64,000 bases of DNA. Origin: Bacteroidota bacterium (GTDB lineage: Bacteria; Bacteroidota; Bacteroidia; Chitinophagales; Chitinophagaceae). Positions within the stretch are counted from its first letter, which is position 1. Each line of letters starts with the position of its first letter. The notes beneath the pieces were generated by a model. It did no database searches. It saw nothing but the letters and a program-made list of their open reading frames with translations, and was not told the DNA's origin. Positions 58,575 to 64,000 of the stretch are shown here, one piece after another. A program made the translations under genes and the position numbers. Where the stretch lies: contig JAFDXK010000001.1 in the NCBI GenBank assembly GCA_018267965.1, forward strand, positions 1,195,520 through 1,259,519, read 5' to 3'.

Positions 58575-59297
58575 ATGGAAACAGGATATAGTGTTTTACT
58601 CTTTCTCATAACACTCATTGGTAGTACCATACCCCTGTTTATCAAGGGCTTTGACGATAAACGCATGTTGAGCCTGCTGGCTTTCTCAGGTTCATTTTTG
58701 CTGAGTATCACCTTTCTTCATTTATTACCCGAAACATTTGGTGAGTTAAATGCAAGAGCGGGTGTCTACATTCTAATCGGCTTTTTTCTGCAATTGGCAT
58801 TACAACGCCTTACTCATGGTATAGAACATGGGCATGTGCATCATTCGTCAGACCATCATCATGTTCCGGTTATTTCGGTTATTGCCGGCCTCACATTACA
58901 TGCCGTAATGGAGGGATTACCGTTGGGTTTTAACTATAGGATGGCTTCAACTACTCCTTCACTTTACCTGGCTGTTGCTGCTCATAAATTACCCGAATCT
59001 GTTCTGGCTGCTATGCTCATCAATTCAGTGAAAGGAAAAAAAGTGGCATTTATCACCATGTGCTTTTTTTCATTGGTAACACCGCTATCCGGAATGTTAG
59101 CAAATAAGCTAGGTACAAGTTACCATGCCATGAGCAACGCAATTACTGTAGTGATACCAATAGTTGCAGGTGCATTTATACATATAGCAACAACCATATT
59201 TTTTGAAAGCGGTACTAAAAACCATTTGCTCACATGGCAAAAATTAGCAGCCATGCTTGCAGGCGTAGGCGCTGCTTTAACCACCTTATTATTCTAA
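58575..59297 (+). CDS. ZIP family metal (zinc) transporter
   Basis: 240 aa with 8 predicted TM helices, a His-rich cytoplasmic loop (HGHVHHSSDHHH) and an HAVMEGL metal-binding motif. Confidence 0.8.
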   Translation: METGYSVLLFLITLIGSTIPLFIKGFDDKRMLSLLAFSGSFLLSITFLHLLPETFGELNARAGVYILIGFFLQLALQRLTHGIEHGHVHHSSDHHHVPVISVIAGLTLHAVMEGLPLGFNYRMASTTPSLYLAVAAHKLPESVLAAMLINSVKGKKVAFITMCFFSLVTPLSGMLANKLGTSYHAMSNAITVVIPIVAGAFIHIATTIFFESGTKNHLLTWQKLAAMLAGVGAALTTLLF

Positions 59298-59304
59298 AAA
59301 AACT

Positions 59305-60171
59305 ATGCGCCTCATCCAGACTATTCTTCTGTGTTTATATATCACATCTTCGTTTTTAGGCTATAGTCAAACAAAAGAGGAGAATTCCTTACTATGGAAA
59401 ATCAGCAGGAAAGACATGAAATCTGCTTCCTACTTATTTGGCACTATACACCTGATATGTAAAGAGGACTACGTATGGACAAAACCTATGCAAGCAGGTT
59501 TATCTGACTGCAAAGAAATATGTTTCGAACTGGACCTTGATGACCCTAACATGATGATGGAGGTAGCAAAAGGAATGATAAGTACTGATGGCAAATCACT
59601 TAAAGACTATTTTTCAGATTCAGATTATGTATTGCTCACCAAGTATGTGAAAGACAGCCTGAAAATGGATATTTCTTTGTTTCAGCAGATGAAGCCGGTG
59701 GCTCTTGAAACCTTATTTGCCTCCAGCAGTCCGTCATGCGAATCCCCGCAATCGTATGAGAATAACATCATGCAGATAGCACAAAAGTCGAATAGAGAAA
59801 TAACAGGGCTGGAAAGTGTTAGCGAACAACTTGACCTGTTTGATAACCTGCCTGCAGATAGTGTAGTCAAAGACATTATGTCTGTAATAAAAGGCAAACA
59901 AGACGATAAATCTGAATATCGAAAAATGGTTACTGCATATAAGAAACAAGATTTGCAGCAACTTTATAAGCTCATATCCGAATCCGAGCAAATTGACAAA
60001 GAACTCAGCAGTTTCCTGGATGTAAGAAACGAAAAATGGATTCCCCGCATCATAGAGAAAATGGATAGGACATCCGTTTTCTTTGCTGTAGGTGCAGGAC
60101 ACCTACCCGGCAAAAATGGTGTTATAGCTTTATTGAGAAAAGCAGGCTATACTGTTACTCCTGTAAAATAA
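59305..60171 (+). CDS. TraB/GumN family protein
   Basis: 288 aa with a signal peptide and the LLWKIS...YLFGTIH N-terminal motif of the TraB/GumN family. Confidence 0.75.
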   Translation: MRLIQTILLCLYITSSFLGYSQTKEENSLLWKISRKDMKSASYLFGTIHLICKEDYVWTKPMQAGLSDCKEICFELDLDDPNMMMEVAKGMISTDGKSLKDYFSDSDYVLLTKYVKDSLKMDISLFQQMKPVALETLFASSSPSCESPQSYENNIMQIAQKSNREITGLESVSEQLDLFDNLPADSVVKDIMSVIKGKQDDKSEYRKMVTAYKKQDLQQLYKLISESEQIDKELSSFLDVRNEKWIPRIIEKMDRTSVFFAVGAGHLPGKNGVIALLRKAGYTVTPVK

Positions 60172-60174
60172 AAG

Positions 60175-60570
60175 CTAAAACTGTTCGAGAACCATAGAGA
60201 TACTAGCATTTGTAAGCGGCTTATTTAAAAACTGCTTAACCGAGCTATAGCCCTTTACCCTCGCTATGTCATTTTCATTAATAGAGGATGAAAGCATATA
60301 AATGCTATAGTTACTTCTCAATTCCTGTGGGAGGCTTTCAAATGTTTCAACAAACTCAAAACCATTCATGATAGGCATCTGGATATCGACAAAAATAATA
60401 GTCATCAACCCATTAGCTGATACGCTCTTTATATATGTAATAGCGTCAGGTGCTTGCTGAAAAGTGGTAATGACTTCAGACCTACCTGAGTTTTTTATTA
60501 TTTTTTCAGCAATAAAACAATCCAGCTTGCTATCGTCTATAACTATAAAATTCAATTTTTCCTGACTCAT
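60175..60570 (-). CDS. Response regulator, receiver domain only (CheY-like)
   Basis: 131 aa REC domain with conserved Asp residues (IVIDD...IFVDIQMP) and Lys. Confidence 0.8.
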   Translation of the reverse strand: MSQEKLNFIVIDDSKLDCFIAEKIIKNSGRSEVITTFQQAPDAITYIKSVSANGLMTIIFVDIQMPIMNGFEFVETFESLPQELRSNYSIYMLSSSINENDIARVKGYSSVKQFLNKPLTNASISMVLEQF

Positions 60571-60572
60571 TT

Positions 60573-61664
60573 TTATTTATTTGGTATTGTAACTGTAAAT
60601 GTTGTTCCCTCACTACCGGAAGATGTAACTTCTATATTCCCGCCAAGTTTGCCCAATGCGTCCTTAACGTTGTACAAGCCAAATCCGGAACCTACCTCTT
60701 CGGTAGTTGCGCGGTAAAACATATTGAAAATTTGTGAAACACTGTTTTCCGGTATACCTATACCATTATCTTTTACAGTTAATACTGCAACACCTTTATT
60801 CACAGTAACATTTAAGTCAACTCTTTTATCACTGTTGTCTTTTTTCTGGTATTTAAACGCGTTAGATAAGAGGTTGTTTAAGATGATCTTGATAGATACA
60901 TCATCAGACCTGAAAGGCTCTCCCTGGTTGACAGACTTATCAAACTTCACGTTATTCATTTTACTCGTTACCTCGTAAATATCCGACAGGTCTTTTACTA
61001 CATCCTCGAAATTAATCTCTGTTATTTCAACCTCGCCTCTTCGGATACTGTAATAATCGTGCAGGTTTTGAATATAGTTATCAAGCTTAAGTATCGCATT
61101 CTCCATCATGTCAAGCATCTCCTTCACTTCAGCAATATCACCCGTATTTTTAGCCAAATCAATAATACCTAACACACTCAATATAGGGCCGCGCATATCG
61201 TGGGTAGCGCTATATGCGAATTTATCAAGCTCATTATACGCTTTTTGCAATTCTTCATTTTTAATTGCAAGCATTGAGCTGGTAATATAAAACTTATGAG
61301 ATTGATCAATAGCAGACTTAACATCATCTTCTGCCCAGGGCTTTTTGATATACCTGTATACATGGCCTCGGTTGATGGCATTAATAACGGATTCAATGTC
61401 TGCATAACCTGTTATCAATACCCTTACAGGATTAGGAAATTCTTTTCGTATCTCTTCAAAAAATTCAACGCCTGTTTTATCGGGCATTTTCTGGTCGCTC
61501 AGCACTACACTGATGTCGGGATTTTCCCTGAGATGTGCTATAGCCTCGTCGGTATTATTAGCGACATATACATTGTAATCGAAGCGAAACGACGCTTTGA
61601 AACTGACAAGGTTATTAGGCTCATCATCAATGTACAATACTTTAATTTTCTCTTTCTTACTCAA
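60573..61664 (-). CDS. Hybrid response regulator / histidine kinase (REC-HisKA-HATPase_c)
   Basis: 363 aa. An N-terminal REC domain (VLYIDDE...VLSDQKMP) is followed by H-box SATHDMRGP and N/G1/G2 boxes (LSNAFKY, DNGIGIP, GSGFGL). Confidence 0.8.
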   Translation of the reverse strand: MSKKEKIKVLYIDDEPNNLVSFKASFRFDYNVYVANNTDEAIAHLRENPDISVVLSDQKMPDKTGVEFFEEIRKEFPNPVRVLITGYADIESVINAINRGHVYRYIKKPWAEDDVKSAIDQSHKFYITSSMLAIKNEELQKAYNELDKFAYSATHDMRGPILSVLGIIDLAKNTGDIAEVKEMLDMMENAILKLDNYIQNLHDYYSIRRGEVEITEINFEDVVKDLSDIYEVTSKMNNVKFDKSVNQGEPFRSDDVSIKIILNNLLSNAFKYQKKDNSDKRVDLNVTVNKGVAVLTVKDNGIGIPENSVSQIFNMFYRATTEEVGSGFGLYNVKDALGKLGGNIEVTSSGSEGTTFTVTIPNK

Positions 61665-63824
61665 CTATGCAATTTTTTGTTCGTGAACAATGGGGATCTC
61701 CATAATAAATTCTGTTCCTTCTCCTAAGGTTGAATTTACATTAATAGTACCATTATGCTTTACCATAGTATTATACGCAATAGAAAGGCCTAAGCCGGTT
61801 CCTTCACCCACATCTTTGGTAGTAAAGAATGGTTCAAATAGCTTTTTCTTAGTATTCTCATCCATTCCGGTACCGTTATCTGCAATACCAACAATGACAT
61901 GAGTATCTGTAGATGTAGTGGTAATGGTTAACTTACCACCTTTTTCATCCTTGAATTTCGACTTAATGGCATGAAGTCCATTAGTAATGATATTGAGGAA
62001 AACCTGGTTGAGTTTACCCGGATAACACTCTACAGGAGGTATTTCGCCGTAATTCTTGACAATTTCTATCCTGTTATCCAACTGATTATTTACAATAACT
62101 AACGTAGAATCGAGGCCTTCGTTAAGATCAGCACGTTTTAAATCATCTTCATCAAGTCTTGAGAAAATGCGCAATCCTTTCACTATCTCTGCAGTACGGC
62201 TTGAACCTTCGTTAATACCATTCAGCAAATAATCAATTTCTGTTTTAAGGTAATCGAAATCGTACTCTTCTTTTAGTTCGTCAATTTGCTTTTTCTTATC
62301 TGCAGCTGAATCATCTGATAATGATATGCCTTCAATTTGGTCCAGCAATTGTATCATCATGTCAACGTCTCGCTTTAAAGGCTTCACGTTTGATGTTACG
62401 AAGTTTATCGGATTATTGATTTCATGAGCTATACCCGCAGTCAGCTGACCTAAAGAAGCCATTTTTTCAGATTCCACCAACTGCATTTCAGCTTCTTTCA
62501 AATCAACCAACGCCTTGCTTAATCCATCATTAGACTCTTTAAGCTCCTGGGTTCTTTCTGCTACTTTAGCTTCCAATATCACGTTCTGCTCCCTTACTAT
62601 TCTTGCATTCTCCTGCACAGCCGCCAAAGTTTGTGCTTGAGACTCTTCTTTTTCTTTACGCAGTATACTAATCTTATCTGCAAGGGCAAATGACAGTAAT
62701 ACCACCTCTAACGCCGAACCTATTTGCAGTGCATACAGGGTAAAGTTATTATATGGTAATACACCAAAGTTTCTCAATACAAATACTACCACACTGGCTA
62801 AAAATATCACCCATGCCAGTAAAAAGAATTTTGCAGTACGATTACCTCTTGACGATAAAATACTACCGATAATAACTACGTACACAGACCCCAGCATTGC
62901 ATTGCCTAGCACTGTTTGAGCTGCCTCACGGTATTTTCCGAGGAAGCCAAGCGTTGCAATACACAAATAGAAAAATTCAACTACATATATACCTTTATTA
63001 AGTTTGGGCAAATACTCTTTAAGCTGTAAAAACACCCTTAAAAACTCCAGGGCAGATACACCCACCATCACCGGCATTAATACCATCATCAGGTTTGCCA
63101 GGTAAGGAGAATCAGGATATAAAAATCTTGGACCATAACCTTGCACGCAAGCCTGTGTCATTCCCACAAAGAGAATATAAGCTACATAATACAGATAGTT
63201 CTTATCGCGAACACTGATAAATATGAACAGGTTATAAAACAACATTACAAGAATAGTACCCGCATAAACGCCGAATATTAAATCTTTAGATGTTGTTGAC
63301 TCAAGTATTGTTTTTGCTGTACCAACTTCAAGCGGAACTTGTAACTGTTCAGATGCATTAAGCCGTAAATAATAAGTACGGCTCTCACCCGGAGCTAATC
63401 TTAAATCAAAAATATAATTCTGATGTTTATAGGCACGCTTATAATATGGGATGTATTCACCCGTATTGATTACATCATAACTATTGTCAGCATTCATTGA
63501 CACAAATGAAACCGAATCGATAGTAGGATATGCCAGTTCTACGACAACATCATCATTCTGTGTTGCGTTACTAACAGTAAATCGAACCCAAATTGTAGAC
63601 TTGGTAATTTCAAGATTGGGTACTTCCTGTGTGCTTTTTATAAACTTCCCCGATTTGATGACTTCATCAATGGACAATACACTATTTGTATCGTTGAGAA
63701 TGAAAACTTTATTACCTATTGATATATTCTTATCGGCAGTATTATAGATAATTGTGTCTTGTGCAGTAGCGCACCATTGGGTAAGGGATAGCAGTAAAAA
63801 AACAAGGAACAAGATTTTCCTCAT
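61665..63824 (-). CDS. 7TMR-DISM sensor histidine kinase
   Basis: 719 aa with a signal peptide, an extracellular 7TMR-DISM-type domain, seven TM helices, a coiled coil, H-box AHEINNPINF and HATPase_c (DNGTGM, GTGLGL). Confidence 0.8.
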   Translation of the reverse strand: MRKILFLVFLLLSLTQWCATAQDTIIYNTADKNISIGNKVFILNDTNSVLSIDEVIKSGKFIKSTQEVPNLEITKSTIWVRFTVSNATQNDDVVVELAYPTIDSVSFVSMNADNSYDVINTGEYIPYYKRAYKHQNYIFDLRLAPGESRTYYLRLNASEQLQVPLEVGTAKTILESTTSKDLIFGVYAGTILVMLFYNLFIFISVRDKNYLYYVAYILFVGMTQACVQGYGPRFLYPDSPYLANLMMVLMPVMVGVSALEFLRVFLQLKEYLPKLNKGIYVVEFFYLCIATLGFLGKYREAAQTVLGNAMLGSVYVVIIGSILSSRGNRTAKFFLLAWVIFLASVVVFVLRNFGVLPYNNFTLYALQIGSALEVVLLSFALADKISILRKEKEESQAQTLAAVQENARIVREQNVILEAKVAERTQELKESNDGLSKALVDLKEAEMQLVESEKMASLGQLTAGIAHEINNPINFVTSNVKPLKRDVDMMIQLLDQIEGISLSDDSAADKKKQIDELKEEYDFDYLKTEIDYLLNGINEGSSRTAEIVKGLRIFSRLDEDDLKRADLNEGLDSTLVIVNNQLDNRIEIVKNYGEIPPVECYPGKLNQVFLNIITNGLHAIKSKFKDEKGGKLTITTTSTDTHVIVGIADNGTGMDENTKKKLFEPFFTTKDVGEGTGLGLSIAYNTMVKHNGTINVNSTLGEGTEFIMEIPIVHEQKIA

Positions 63825-64000
63825 GGTCTGTTATGTATTTCTAAGTCGTATATCAATTCAAAACTACTCCTTCTACCTTCTTCGGTCTTCGTTTGTTTTG
63901 GATTTTCCCTTAAAGATAATATTTCTGCTTTTTCATCAGGATGGGCTGTTGATAAAATGTCAACATCTTTTAAAAGCATGGCTGTGGCTACTAAATCTTC

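Noticed and set aside
63825-64000. Possible 3' end of a further minus-strand gene at the window edge
   Set aside because: No ORF of at least 60 aa is reported here and the frame cannot be established from the truncated sequence.

Overview
This is a 64 kb chromosomal window from a Bacteroidota genome, probably Sphingobacteriia/Chitinophagia-like. The assignment rests on a T9SS PorP/SprF gene, a T9SS type-B C-terminal-domain cargo protein, TAnnTTTG-type promoter boxes, a uppS-bamA-skp-skp arrangement and many lipoproteins. Coding density is high on both strands, and several convergent gene pairs share a bidirectional terminator hairpin. Most of the window is housekeeping: BamA, two Skp, UppS, Upp, Mpg, Frr, RNase R, LpxK, UvrC, ExoIII, biotin carboxylase, a MiaB/MtaB-type methylthiotransferase, PurM-like, IspA-like, and a molybdenum-cofactor biosynthesis cluster (moaA-moeA-moaC-mobA-moeB, convergent with moaE-moaD-tauE). 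Four stretches do not look like housekeeping. (1) An AT-rich island sits directly 3' of a tRNA-Lys(CTT) gene and carries an SRPBCC/ArsR pair plus a 620-aa membrane-anchored NACHT (STAND) NTPase, which is a strong candidate for a single-gene antiphage or signalling system. (2) A 492-aa membrane-anchored protein with a GldM/PorM-C-terminal-like region stands alone and is bracketed by nested, mutually inverted clusters of TGTTCA/TGAACA palindromic repeats, which points to a mobile, invertible or iteron-regulated cassette. (3) A roughly 31-bp duplication of the 5' end of an EVE-domain gene brackets a small membrane-protein ORF. (4) Two adjacent paralogous small secreted proteins are extremely rich in Arg/Tyr/His/Pro, and one contains an internal DNA tandem repeat. 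Other points worth a look: a GNAT acetyltransferase split by a frameshift in an A7 run, a small YD-repeat protein, a flotillin with internal repeats, and a three-gene 7TMR-DISM two-component module at the 3' end. All calls come from reading the six-frame translations and the DNA by eye. No database search was run, so family names are recognitions, not alignments.
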